The notes below the pieces were generated by a model, which did no database searches, was not told the origin of the DNA, and worked only from the letters and a program-made list of their open reading frames with translations. Shown here piece by piece: positions 37,419 to 50,760 of a DNA stretch of 64,000 nucleotides; positions within the stretch are counted from its first letter, which is position 1; each line of letters opens with the position of its first letter. The translations under genes and the position numbers were made by a program. Origin of the DNA: Octopus bimaculoides (Eukaryota); NCBI RefSeq assembly GCF_001194135.2, contig NC_068981.1:93602367-93666366 (forward strand), read 5' to 3'.

Positions 37419-38550
37419 GTATATATATGTACATATATGTATATATTAACATGTATATTTATTTATATGTGTACGTGTGTGAGTATATATACGTGTGAAT
37501 TTTTAATTAATAGGCACACCATATGGTCTAGGATATATAGAAGTTATTATAAATCATGTCATACATATATATTAAATATATCTTCCCAGTAGAAAGTTTT
37601 TGTGTTCCCTGCACATGTAGTCATAGAATCGCCGATTTAATACTTTCACCAGCGAGTAACAAACAAGGAGCTTTATGAAAATATTACATCTATACTAGGT
37701 TGGAGAAATATAATAATAAAAACCGAAATGAATTCGAAGGTGCCGAGATTAACTTTACCTTTTATTTATTTATTTATTTATTGCAAAGTAGGTCTTATGT
37801 GGGAAGTTGTCAAATATTTGAAATTAAGTAACAGTAAAGAATATAGTAGAAATAGTAGGAAAATAGATCTAGCGATATTGACAAGAAAAAATGTGTAAAA
37901 CACCTTCGTAAAGATCTTATTAAACATGAAATGAATATATGCTAAAGGAAATAATAATAGAAAGAAATAATGAAATATAATGATGGCTAAAAACACTCGA
38001 AAACACATTACTGTTATATATATTGAAGTAAATATACGTAAATTAAATACATCTTTTTCAGATACACTTTTGTTTTTGTCGGCCCCGTAGCTGTAAATTA
38101 GCGGTATTGAGCTTTCAAGTAGTAACACAACTGAGAATCATAGCTAATATAGAACCGTAAAAATGTAACAATTAAACCGAAAAGTAATGAAAGAGACGGA
38201 AAATATCAAGAATTGTACGTCTTTGATTCGAAGAGGAACAATAATTGTGCGTTACGGTTTTCTCTTTGCAAATTGCTTGCCAATGCATCACACTAGGTAT
38301 TTTTATGCGTCGAGTTTTAAAAGCATTCTTTAATATATCTATATAATTACCTTAATATCTATGATATTATTTTATTATTTAGAGTCATTTTTGTTTCCGC
38401 TATCATTTTATTTCATTGCAATTCAGTGTATTATTTCTCCCAAGAACTAATTTCGTGCTAATCACACTCTTTGCTAAGATACTTTGCAAGGAGAACTTTT
38501 TTTAAGAGATATTTATTTCAACTATTTCTATATTACTACAATAATACTTA

Positions 38551-38826
38551 GCAGCCTGTGTATCATACTTAAAGCAGAAACATTGTTGAAAGCCTTATAA
38601 ATTGTAGTATTCGTCTCAAGAAAGTATTCCTTATAGGTGTATAGTTTTGAAAAAATACTTGACACTGAGGAAGCACAGAGACGCAGAAATACCTACTTAG
38701 CTATGTCATCACGGCCGCTGGACAATTTTCGTCTGTTACTGATATTTTGTTGTCTTTTCGAGATAAATACAGCAGTCTATAAGGCTTTCAACAATATATC
38801 AGCTTTAAATATGATATACAGATTAC
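38551..38826. mobile_element. MITE-like foldback with ~75-bp imperfect inverted repeats
   Basis: CTGTGTATCATACTTAAAGCAGAAACATTGTTGAAAGCCTTATA.. pairs with ..TATAAGGCTTTCAACAATATATCAGCTTTAAATATGATATACAG; possible TA TSD. Confidence 0.7.
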
Positions 38827-38907
38827 TATTTTGAACAAATACTGTTTCTATTACTAATAACGAATAATACTTAATTATGTAAGTTTATTTTTAATCCGTT
38901 TGAAATA

Positions 38908-39045
38908 CTGGTTTCAAATTTTGGCACAAGACCAGTAATTTCAGGTCTGAGTAAGTCGATTACATCGGTCCCCTCTCTCTGTGCTCAACTGGTGCATATT
39001 TTATCGACCCCGAAATTTGAAAGGCAAATTCAAACTCGGTGGAAT
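38908..39045 (-). mobile_element. SINE family B, partial
   Basis: TTTCAAATTTTGGCACAAG..GTCGATTACATCG..TTTATCGACCCCGAAA, reverse complement of the family B body. Confidence 0.7.
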
Positions 39046-39328
39046 AATCAGTTTAAAATATTAACTGCAGACATATGACGTTTTGGTGACGTTCTTTTTT
39101 GCTAGTAAAGAAACACAATACTTGATATATTCCCTCTAATTTTATGGTGTTAATCGCTATATTTCACCAATCTTACCTGTAAACAGTAGTTTTCTTTTAA
39201 GGTTTTAACATCCACTTTAACATCCACTGATGAAACACCGCATCAATTAAATGCTTTTCTGGTCCAATTGCTCAAGGTACGAGTTTGAGTCTGGAGGAGA
39301 CATATTACATACATATATACATATACAT

Positions 39329-39507
39329 AGTCGCAAGTGTGGCTATGTGGTAATAAGATTGCTTCCAAGCTACTTGGTTCTGCGTTCAATCTCAATGCGC
39401 AACAACTTGGACAAGTGTCTTCTACTAAAGCCTTGAGCCGACCAAAAAGCCTTGTGAGTGGACTTGGCAGGCGGAAACTGAAAGAACCCCGTCGTATGTG
39501 TATATGT

Positions 39508-39538
<31 letters not shown>

Positions 39539-39969
39539 NNNNNNNNNNNNNNNNNNNNNNNNNNNNNNNNNNNNNNNNNNNNNNNNNNNNNNNNNNNNNN
39601 NNNNNNNNNNNNNNNNNNNNNNNNNNNNNNNNNNNNNNNNNNNNNNNNNNNNNNNNNNNNNNNNNNNNNNNNNNNNNNNNNNNNNNNNNNNNNNNNNNNN
39701 NNNNNNNNNNNNNNNNNNNNNNNNNNNNNNNNNNNNNNNNNNNNNNNNNNNNNNNNNNNNNNNNNNNNNNNNNNNNNNNNNNNNNNNNNNNNNNNNNNNN
39801 NNNNNNNNNNNNNNNNNNNNNNNNNNNNNNNNNNNNNNNNNNNNNNNNNNNNNNNNNNNNNNNNNNNNNNNNNNNNNNNNNNNNNNNNNNNNNNNNNNNN
39901 NNNNNNNNNNNNNNNNNNNNNNNNNNNNNNNNNNNNNNNNNNNNNNNNNNNNNNNNNNNNNNNNNNNNN

Positions 39970-40023
<54 letters not shown>

Positions 40024-40195
40024 TTTTGTGTTTGCTGTGTTTATGTCTCTGTAACATTAGTGTGTTTGCAACAGAGACCGATATAATAAGGACCAGGCTT
40101 TTAAAAATAGACTCTGGGGTCGATTCATTCGACTAAAGATTCTTCAAGGTGATGCCCCGGCATGGCCACATTCTAATGACTTAAACCAGTGAAAG
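39329..40195 (+). mobile_element. SINE family A spanning a (TA)n gap
   Basis: Head 39329-39500, gap 39539-39969, tail 40015-40195. Confidence 0.8.
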
Positions 40196-40959
40196 ATTCG
40201 ATTAAATATGTATCACATGATGTTATTTTTAAGCCCTTCCATTTGAAACATCATTATATTTAATTATATTATAATATTTCTCTAAACGTATATTCTTTCC
40301 ATTCTTATCGGACTACTTGCTAACACGATTTACATGAAAATCCTATTGTCGTTATATATGCAAGATATTCTTTTTTCTATAGACGTGCGTCTATAAGTAT
40401 GTACACGTATATATGTTCGTACGTCATTATATATTTGTATGCATTCATTTATATCACAGAATGATAAATCATAAAGAAGTTGCGAGTGCATGAGATAAAA
40501 TCTTAGCCATACTTGTTCTTTTAATCCTGATCTAAGAAAGTCCATCCTGAACATCTTCAGCGCTGAAGCGAAGGATCATAAACTAAATACTGCAAACGTA
40601 TCTACATTTTCCGTTAATTCTACTTGCCCTCACCTTCTTACAGCGTTTTATTCTAAGAACCGTCTGTAACAGATTGTACTGAAATTGACAATTCACCTGC
40701 TCGTTGTGATTTATTTCTATAATTCCGACAGCATTGAAATCTTCTAACCTTTAGTCTATATATTACTTATATTTTGACTTCTAGGTTCATCAGTGAAAGA
40801 TAGTCGTATATTTACATTTCTAAGAACATCTGTCTTTTGTTTCCCTATTTATCTTTCTAGATTTGTATGTTTTAATATATACATACATACAAACACATGT
40901 ACATATGCACATGCATATATACATATCCATTCAGATATACACACACACACACACACACA

Positions 40960-41045
<86 letters not shown>

Positions 41046-41951
41046 CAACTCTTTTCATATTATAAATACGTATTAACAAAGTATTTGTAATACGCCTTTA
41101 TTTCTCTGTTGTTCTATATTCAGAATATTAATGAGTTGGTTATCTATAGACGTATCTACCAAATATATATACTTTCTATCTTAAACTGTTTATGAACGTT
41201 TTACTCTGTAAACTACCGAAAATAAATACCAATTTATTACATTGACTTCCACCATAAATATGTCGCCTTCAAGAAAGCAACATATTTATGAAGAAAATGG
41301 GCTGCAACAACCTTAGGCAAGTGGAAACAATATTTTAGCTCAGAACATGAAGAAATGAAGTACAAGGAGCGATCCAGTTGTTGCGAGTTTAACTTTGTGG
41401 AAATGTTAAAAATCCTTATCGCTGTTTCAAGGGTCTATATTGTTCGTCTTTTTATGTACTAATCATATCATGGGCAAGATTGAATCAATTAAGGTCACTT
41501 CACAAAAAATAGTGCTTGTTAGTTGAGGCAATGTTAGTTGAGAAAGACAGTTAAACAGTTTAGAATTTGTTTCGGCTGTTTAGAATTAAAATCCCACCAC
41601 CTAAAACATTCTGTGTTCCCAGTATATCTTGTTAGAGAAATGTATGATTGCTCGATCATCTTTAACAATTGCAATTCATACGCAGGATCCGCAACTTGGT
41701 TACTCAAAGTGCTAAAATAGCGAATACATCTTCCTCAAATCACATCCTACTACCAAAAAATAACAGCTAAAAATACATCAGATAATGTAGTTAAAGGCAC
41801 ATTATGCTTCGAAAAAAGACGAGGTGATCAGAAATAGAACATTTTTGTATTAGTTCTTAGCCTGAATCGACTTAGGGTTATTTAACAATATCATTAATGC
41901 TTGATCGGAACGCTTTTTAAAAATCCCCTTATGTTCTTTATTACGACATGT

Positions 41952-42330
41952 TGTTGGCACTCCGTCGCTTACGACGTCGAGGGTTCCAGTTGATCCGATC
42001 AATAGAACAGCCTGCTCGTGAAATTAACGTACAAGTGACTGAGCACTCCACAGACACGTGTACCCTTAACGTAGTTCTCGGGATATTCAGCGTGACACAG
42101 TCTGACAAGGCTGGCCCTTTGAATTACAGGCACAACAGAAACAGGAAGAAAGAGTGAGAGGAAGTTGTGGTGAAAGAGTACAGCAGGATTTGCCGCCATC
42201 CCCTGCTGGAGCCTCGTGGAGCTTTAGGTGTTTTCGCTCAATAAACACTCACAATGCCTGATCTGGGAATCGAAACCGTCATCCTATGACCGCGAATCCG
42301 CTGCCCTAACCACTGGGCCATTGCGCCTCC
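41952..42330 (-). mobile_element. tRNA-derived SINE family C, full length, with 12-bp TSD
   Basis: A-box TGGCCCAGTGG, B-box GGTTTCGATTCCC; TSD ATTACGACATGT at 41940-41951 and 42331-42342. Confidence 0.95.
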
Positions 42331-43371
42331 ATTACGACATGTAATACTCTAAAACGTCAATTTGTCTAGAAGTTATGACGTACTTTGTAGTTTTAAGTAA
42401 CTGTAAATGGATATGTTGATATTTAGCTCCACTTCAGCTTGATGTAGCAGAGACTTTTACCCTATGTCTCTGTTCCTCTTTTTAAGACTCCCTATTGTAA
42501 TATGGAGGAGACTGAGCTGCTATTTAAAGCAATTCTTATAAAACTGTTGGAAGGTTGATAAAAAATGCTCTTTATTAATAAAGTATGAATATGATTGAAA
42601 TAATATCATTTCTTCTTTCCTTTTCCCAGTGGCAGTATATACAAGTTTTAATCAAAGCGCAGGACTGGATTGGGCTAGCTGGCAGCTTACACTGCAAGGA
42701 TTACCGCAAAATATTAACAAATGCGGTTGAATAATATATCTATATATACATACAATTCGTACATACACACATGTATGTATGTATGTATGACAGGCTATCT
42801 TTTTGACTGGACAAACATACATGTTTGCGACAAGTCAGTCATCATTTTACTAAATAACATGATTATGACTTGTATTTCATCAATTTATGTTCATTTCGTT
42901 TAAGCAACTGGTTGTCGATCTGATATTTCTAACGTGACTAATAGCTCTCACTCATCACTTCTAGCTTTGATTCCGCTTATATTTGACATTATTCTCATTA
43001 TTTTTTTTAAATGTTTAACTATTATTACTATTATTGTTATTTTTGTTTTGGTTTTGGTGTCGTTGATGCTAATTGAAAGCTAAGAGGAAAAAGATATTTT
43101 GTAATCATTTTGGCCAATTATTTTCATTCCATTAAAGAAACTTCATACAAGGAGCCAAATAATTGCTACTTAAATTAATTTGAAGTCTTAGCCAATCAGT
43201 TTTAAATTCTGAAAGTGACTTCCATTCGCGTGATATAATTATTTTTGTCGATAATGTAGTTTCCACTACGATGCTTCGAGTAATTCTCAAAGTTTAGACA
43301 ATTCAATTCTATATTCCTGATCATCGATAAATTCTCCTTCGGATGTTAAAATAAAAACTAAGTGCACATAT

Positions 43372-43515
43372 GGTGTAAGACATGGCCATGTGGTTAAGAA
43401 ATTAGTTTCGCAGCCTAGTGGTTCGAGTTCAACGCTATTGCGCAGTATCTTGGAAAAGTGGTTTCCAACTCAGCCTCGATTTGATAGAGCCTTGAGAGTG
43501 AGATCTGGTGAATAC
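43372..43515 (+). mobile_element. Old, degenerate SINE family A head
   Basis: TGGCCATGTGGTTAAGAA..CGAGTTCAAC..TCTTGGAAAAGTGG..GAGCCTTGAGAGTG. Confidence 0.5.
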
Positions 43516-43915
43516 AAACAGTGAAATCTTAAAGGTTGTACTTTTTCTCACTATAATTTGTGTTTCACAGCGACCAAAAATTCTAAGTTTATTTCTTTTT
43601 AAAGAGCAGTATAAAGTAGTATGAACATATTAATTAATGGTGCTAGCAGGCTTCATAGATTACTTGATGTATGTAAATGAGATCGACCAGTTTAGTTGAC
43701 TCCTAATTTGTATAAATTCTTCATAGCCATGAGCTACTAAATTGTCGTTGACAAATGGTGGCTATTCTCTCATTGATGAATATCTAATAAGACCAGAATC
43801 TTCCTGCCCACCAAGTGATAAAAGCTTTGATGTAACTACTTTGTTTACTTGTGACATGGAAGCCAAAATGTTATGCAGTGCACTACGAGTTACACAGATA
43901 TATATATGAAAATAA

Positions 43916-43949
<34 letters not shown>

Positions 43950-44630
43950 NNNNNNNNNNNNNNNNNNNNNNNNNNNNNNNNNNNNNNNNNNNNNNNNNNN
44001 NNNNNNNNNNNNNNNNNNNNNNNNNNNNNNNNNNNNNNNNNNNNNNNNNNNNNNNNNNNNNNNNNNNNNNNNNNNNNNNNNNNNNNNNNNNNNNNNNNNN
44101 NNNNNNNNNNNNNNNNNNNNNNNNNNNNNNNNNNNNNNNNNNNNNNNNNNNNNNNNNNNNNNNNNNNNNNNNNNNNNNNNNNNNNNNNNNNNNNNNNNNN
44201 NNNNNNNNNNNNNNNNNNNNNNNNNNNNNNNNNNNNNNNNNNNNNNNNNNNNNNNNNNNNNNNNNNNNNNNNNNNNNNNNNNNNNNNNNNNNNNNNNNNN
44301 NNNNNNNNNNNNNNNNNNNNNNNNNNNNNNNNNNNNNNNNNNNNNNNNNNNNNNNNNNNNNNNNNNNNNNNNNNNNNNNNNNNNNNNNNNNNNNNNNNNN
44401 NNNNNNNNNNNNNNNNNNNNNNNNNNNNNNNNNNNNNNNNNNNNNNNNNNNNNNNNNNNNNNNNNNNNNNNNNNNNNNNNNNNNNNNNNNNNNNNNNNNN
44501 NNNNNNNNNNNNNNNNNNNNNNNNNNNNNNNNNNNNNNNNNNNNNNNNNNNNNNNNNNNNNNNNNNNNNNNNNNNNNNNNNNNNNNNNNNNNNNNNNNNN
44601 NNNNNNNNNNNNTATATATGTATGTATGTA

Positions 44631-44687
<57 letters not shown>

Positions 44688-45120
44688 GTATATATATATA
44701 TATATATACTCCTCTGTGTATGTATTTTGCTACGAAGTGTAGAGTTACATATTCCACTTACCTGATGAAGGTTATGAAAAATACAGCTTCTGCCTTGTCT
44801 GAACGAGTATTTCATTTCTAAGATACATTTGCAATCGTTTTACTTTTCCTTATTATATTATTATATTTATCTAACTCTCTGTGCATATATATATATATAT
44901 ATAATATATATATATATACTTTTCTTATAAGGATATCATTATATATAATATCTTTTAAGTTAATGAAATCTTCAGGAAGCTCCCCATTATATAATACAGC
45001 CCAACAAATGATGCATGAACTCCGATTTGTACTTAGATTTCTGTCACACCAATATCTCAAAGTCATGTAGTTGAATCGAGGAGATGCATTTAGTAGAGAA
45101 GTATAGATTAAAAATATTAA

Positions 45121-45330
45121 TTTCAAATTGTGGAACAAGGCCAGAAATTGTGAGGAAGAGCGCAAGTCGATTATATCGATCCCAGTACTCAACTTGTACT
45201 TAATTTATCGATCCTGAAATTTGAATGGTAAGCTCGACCTTGACGACATTTGAACTCAGAAGGTAAAGTCAGAAGAAATGCATCTAAGCATTTTCCCCGG
45301 CGCAGTAACGATTCTTCAAGCTCGCCACCT
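45121..45330 (-). mobile_element. SINE family B
   Basis: Reverse complement including head (AAGCATTTTCCCCGGCGCAGTAACGATTCTTCAAGCTCGCC). Confidence 0.75.
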
Positions 45331-45971
45331 TCTAAAAGTATTGTCATTTATTACAAATTTTGCTTTGAAGTGGATCGAACATTTACATTTTCCTAAATAT
45401 GTTTTATACTTTGGGTGGAGGCGAAGAAAGTTAGAGTGTTTTCATGTTTCACTTAAAAGCCATCTGCACGCTTTATATTAGCACTTTTAAGAAATGGAAA
45501 ACGTCGCCCCTTGTGTTAACACTCCTCGCAGTTGCCACCAACATGGTTTTGTGTATCGCTGCAGCATGGGAACTGTCTTTACAAAGGCGGAGTCTTCTCG
45601 GTTTCTTGTGTATGAATTTTTCGTGGAACAGAATTCCAAAACAGAACAGATTCTTAGCATTATAACTTATCTAGAGTTAATTTTTCTGATGACAATAGCC
45701 ACGGAAATTCATTCACAAACGTTGTTGCAGCTACAGTGTCAGTACTAAGCCTCTAACTTATGTACCGAAATACTATGTACCGAAATACCATGTCTCCGAT
45801 TAAACTTGTGCAACAATACTTGAAAATATTCACGGTCATATTTTACCTTTAGTTCTCTATAACTTTGACTTGCTTCATATACAACGCCTAAAAAATTTTA
45901 ATCGTTCATTAGGTCGTAGTTTAAAACAATTTATAAGTATGCTGCCAAATTACGATACTCTTGGTGATTAA

Positions 45972-46190
45972 GGTAAGTTCATCGCCATTAATTCATCGGA
46001 AGGAAAGTTCACTGCTATCAATTCATCGTGAAGAAAGTTCACCATGAGGAAAGTTTACCTCGAGGAAAGTTTACCGAGAAATATATATTCCTAGTGTCTC
46101 ACCGCTAATAGTTTAAACTATTTTTTAAAGAAAACAGTGAATTGATGACGGTGAATTTTCCATGCGGTGAATTGATGACGGGGAACTTAC
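45972..46190. mobile_element. Non-autonomous element with short TIRs and inverted arrays of ~15-bp subterminal repeats
   Basis: Ends GGTAAGTTC / GAACTTACC; about 7 AA(G/A)TT(C/T)A.. units on the left and about 4 CGGTGAATT units on the right, in opposite orientation. Confidence 0.7.
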
Positions 46191-48762
46191 CGTGCATGAC
46201 TCCTGGTACCTTTCAACGATTTCCGAACCATCAAATTTTTCCTACTTAGATTTCCAGAAAAAAACTTCCGCTCCTTTTTTTTTGCTGCTTTTTAAATGAT
46301 ACACAATTGATGGTTTAAACCTATAGTACTCTCATAAAAAATCTTTACTCATGTTGATTCCTCTTATGCCTTCGGGAAGTATACATTTTCTATTTGTAAT
46401 AATGATTTACTGTTACATTTATTAACACCATCGCCATCCATTGCATCTGTTAGTTTCTTGGATGACATCTTCAAGGGCTAAAATTCAGCTAAATATCAAA
46501 AATAAGAAGGAACGTATCACCAAAATGTTTCGCTGCGGTAAACAAAGTTAGGGACTCGGAGCTGCTAACAGCGCAGTCTTGGTGACAAATCATCCAGTTG
46601 TTAGTGTTATATTCAAAAGACTGCCGAACCATAGAATTTTCCCGACATACATGTGAAATAGAATATACCCAAATATATTCATTTATACATGGACACATAT
46701 ACACTTCTATCAAGTATTCATACTATTTTTACTGTACTTAATATTAATATAGATACGGACTGATACACATACAAAGTAGTTTATATAGTTTTACATGTGT
46801 GTGTGTTTGCGTGTGTGTGTGTGTGTGTGTGTGCGTGTGTGTGTGTGCGTGTGTGAATGTATGTATGTATGTATGTATACTTCATACATACATTTAAATA
46901 TTTTTAAAAAGAGCGGTAAATAAATATAAAATTAAAATTATTTAAAGTCTGCGAACTTTGAAGTTCGGTAAACTTATATAGTCGAGTGCATTTGAATTAA
47001 AAGTTAGAATTGACACTCAGAACGTCAAATTCCATAACTGAAGTTGAAAATGCCATTATATATTACTAGAAGAATTTTTACATTTCGTCTGACAATCTTT
47101 TGATTCTGCCATGAGTTAATAATGTCATTTGACAAGGAATTATAAAATAAGCGCTTACCTCACACAAATTTGTCTATATTAATCTAACGTAAAATATTTT
47201 GCGAATTACGTTGGAACATTTCGATTAATAACACTTTTTATGGATAATACAAAACGAAGTGGTGTAATATAAGAGCGTGAAGTTTGTTTTGGCATCATTT
47301 CATTTTGAGAAATCTCTGCTTTTTTATCTGGGTTGTTTTAGTTATTACATTGAAATTTTTACTTTGAGACGAATCCATATAAAATTTTCTCGCAGACAAT
47401 GTCTAATCGATTAATCAATTTAATTTCTCGCTGGTGGCTATTGGTGAATATTTCGTCTCATAGTGATATATATTAAACAAACACAGGCACAAACAAATGT
47501 ACACATATGTGCATACACAGACACAAATACATATATACATACACACATATTTATATATATATGTATGTATTATGTATATAAGTATATATATATATATACA
47601 TATATATATACGTCTATACACATATATATACACATATATATACATATATATATACGTATATATACATATATATAGTATACATATATGTGTGTATATATAT
47701 ACATATATATATACACACTTATGTATATATATATGTGTGTATATATATACATATATGTATGTATACATATATATATATGCATATATATATATATATATAT
47801 ATATATANNNNNNNNNNNNNNNNNNNNNNNNNNNNNNNNNNNNNNNNNNNNNNNNNNNNNNNNNNNNNNNNNNNNNNNNNNNNNNNNNNNNNNNNNNNNN
47901 NNNNNNNNNNNNNNNNNNNNNNNNNNNNNNNNNNNNNNNNNNNNNNNNNNNNNNNNNNNNNNNNNNNNNNNNNNNNNNNNNNNNNNNNNNNNNNNNNNNN
48001 NNNNNNNNNNNNNNNNNNNNNNNNNNNNNNNNNNNNNNNNNNNNNNNNNNNNNNNNNNNNNNNNNNNNNNNNNNNNNNNNNNNNNNNNNNNNNNNNNNNN
48101 NNNNNNNNNNNNNNNNNNNNNNNNNNNNNNNNNNNNNNNNNNNNNNNNNNNNNNNNNNNNNNNNNNNNNNNNNNNNNNNNNNNNNNNNNNNNNNNNNNNN
48201 NNNNNNNNNNNNNNNNNNNNNNNNNNNNNNNNNNNNNNNNNNNNNNNNNNNNNNNNNNNNNNNNNNNNNNNNNNNNNNNNNNNNNNNNNNNNNNNNNNNN
48301 NNNNNNNNNNNNNNNNNNNNNNNNNNNNNNNNNNNNNNNNNNNNNNNNNNNNNNNNNNNNNNNNNNNNNNNNNNNNNNNNNNNNNNNNNNNNNNNNNNNN
48401 NNNNNNNNNNNNNNNNNNNNNNNNNNNNNNNNNNNNNNNNNNNNNNNNNNNNNNNNNNNNNNNNNNNNNNNNNNNNNNNNNNNNNNNNNNNNNNNNNNNN
48501 NNNNNNNNNNNNNNNNNNNNNNNNNNNNNNNNNNNNNNNNNNNNNNNNNNNNNNNNNNNNNNNNNNNNNNNNNNNNNNNNNNNNNNNNNNNNNNNNNNNN
48601 NNNNNNNNNNNNNNNNNNNNNNNNNNNNNNNNNNNNNNNNNNNNNNNNNNNNNNNNNNNNNNNNNNNNNNNNNNNNNNNNNNNNNNNNNNNNNNNNNNNN
48701 NNNNNNNNNNNNNNNNNNNNNNNNNNNNNNNNNNNNNNNNNNNNNNNNNNNNNNNNNNNNNN

Positions 48763-48814
<52 letters not shown>

Positions 48815-48816
<2 letters not shown>

Positions 48817-48959
48817 GGTGGGCTTCTTTCAGTTTCTGTCTACTAAATCTATTCAGTAGGCTTCGGTCGACCCAAAACTATAGTGTCACGCAATGGGATT
48901 GAACCTGGTACCACGTGGTTGTGAAGCAAGCTTCTTGCCACACAGCCACACTTCTGCCT
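48815..48959 (-). mobile_element. SINE family A head
   Basis: GGGCTTCTTTCAGTTTCTGTCTAC..GAAGCAAGCTTCTTGCCACACAGCCAC. Confidence 0.8.
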
Positions 48960-50379
48960 AGTGTTTTTCAAATTCCCGCACATAAAGCAAGCTGTTTCTA
49001 ATAATTCATTATTTCTATATCCAAATTTGTCTTCGTTTTTCCCAGCGCCGCATTAAAACTTTGAGATATGAAAGTTTGAACAAATGATGGAAATCAGTGT
49101 TGGAAGCAAAATTTTAGAAGAGCAGAAGTTCACCACTCAATTAATGAGCACAAATGTCCGGGGAACTAATCACAATATTTAGTTTAGATTTTATGAGAAA
49201 TTTCAAAATCTGAAACACACAGACGAGTATATGGAGTAGCTTCGAGAGAATCAAATACAAAGCCAGCCTAAAGTCTACTGAAAATTAGTTAATAAGTGGG
49301 GAATATTTAATAATTTTGCAATTAATTTTTATTGTTACTTTTGGAATTATGGTGTAGTGGTCTTGTTTCTCCACTATTATTAATCATTATTGACCAGGGA
49401 CACGTCAGCATATATTATTCTACACGAATGAAAGCGAAATCAAAACAGAATGTCATCGCATGTCGATAGCCCATAGAAATCAGATTTGCCGATTGTCTAT
49501 TGTCTTCAAAGCTAGCTTGGATGCCATTAATCAAAATAATGTGCGCCATTCCAGATATAATGCGATAATAACTCTATTATATTGTCCATTTTCGTTGAAA
49601 CTATAGTTTAAGCTTCTGATCGAAAAAGAACTTATGTGTGAGTAGTTATGTCAATTTTATCATTTGATAAACTTTACGTAGAAAATGTAATTTTATGAAG
49701 TAAATTACATTAGTGCTATAGGTCTTCTCAACAGGATTATTATCAAAATATTAACACAGATTTCTTTGTGCTCTTTGCTTAACAAAGAATAGATTTCGGA
49801 ACATGTATTGCAACAAATACGCTTCATTCAATGAATATTAGTTATTGTGAGAATATATAAACGTTAAATATTACATATGTTAAGAAGCAGCTGTTACAAC
49901 TCATTATAGAATTCAAATTGCTACTATTTGTGTTTCTGAGATATTGATATATTTATGCTGTGTATCTATGTACTAGAAAGAGATTTTGCTTATGATAATG
50001 TTTGATGTCGACGATGTTCATTCAGTTGTTCGAGCTACTACTTGTACAATCAACGCATAAGCTGCTGAGTATTCCATGAAAACCTGTTGCTGTACTTGTC
50101 TGGCGGAATTAAGCTGAAAAGGTCGAGGCTAGAAATGAGGGTAAAAGAAAAAAGGAAGAAGAAACCACCCCACTAGTGAACTAGTAACTTTATTTATCCC
50201 TAGGGAAATGAAGGCTAGGTTTCACCTCGGCTAGTTTCTAACTAAGGGTGACTTTAGCTGGAACGAATAATGCAAAGCACTCTGTCTTAAATGTTCTGCA
50301 AATTTGCAACCTTGATCTTAGTCAAGTTGGAATGAGTGTTACATCTCTCATATAAATATATAAGCAAAAAGCAAAAACA

Positions 50380-50760
50380 CAGCAAGCTGGTAAAATCGAC
50401 GTTGCCTTCCATTTTTATGGGTTTGATAAGTACCAGTTGTTCAGTGGACTCGATGCAATCGACTAACCCCTTCCCCACTAAAATTGTTGACCTTGTGACA
50501 AAATTTGAAATCATATGTACCTAACCAAACACATTTATCTACGCATCATATCGGTTAAAATCAAAGGGCAGTAGGTTGGCAGAATAGTTAAAACATAGGG
50601 CAAAATGCCTTACACGGGTCTTAAGGTACTAATCACAAATCCCACAGTGGTCTACTTTACTTTTCAACTATTGAGTGTCGATAAACAAGTATTTGAGTCG
50701 ATTTGATCTTGCAATCCTTCTTATCAAAACTATTGTCCTTGAATCTAAATTAGAAGCGAT
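50380..50760 (+). mobile_element. Two degenerate SINE family B copies (50380-50514, 50567-50760)
   Basis: GTCGACGTTGCCTTCCAT-type body, GATAAGTACCAGTT and CAAAATTTGAAA end; second copy has a GGTTGGCAGAATAGTTA head. Confidence 0.6.

Noticed and set aside
40490-40670. Two candidate minus-strand small exons (YNLLQTVLRIKRCKK; LKMFRMDFLRSGLKEQ)
   Set aside because: Splice-like sites exist but the reading phases are incompatible and the peptides are unrecognisable.
44760-44795. CTGATGAAGG hammerhead-like start (similar starts near 16515, 18049 and 63146)
   Set aside because: No correctly placed GAAA, helix I or NUH site.
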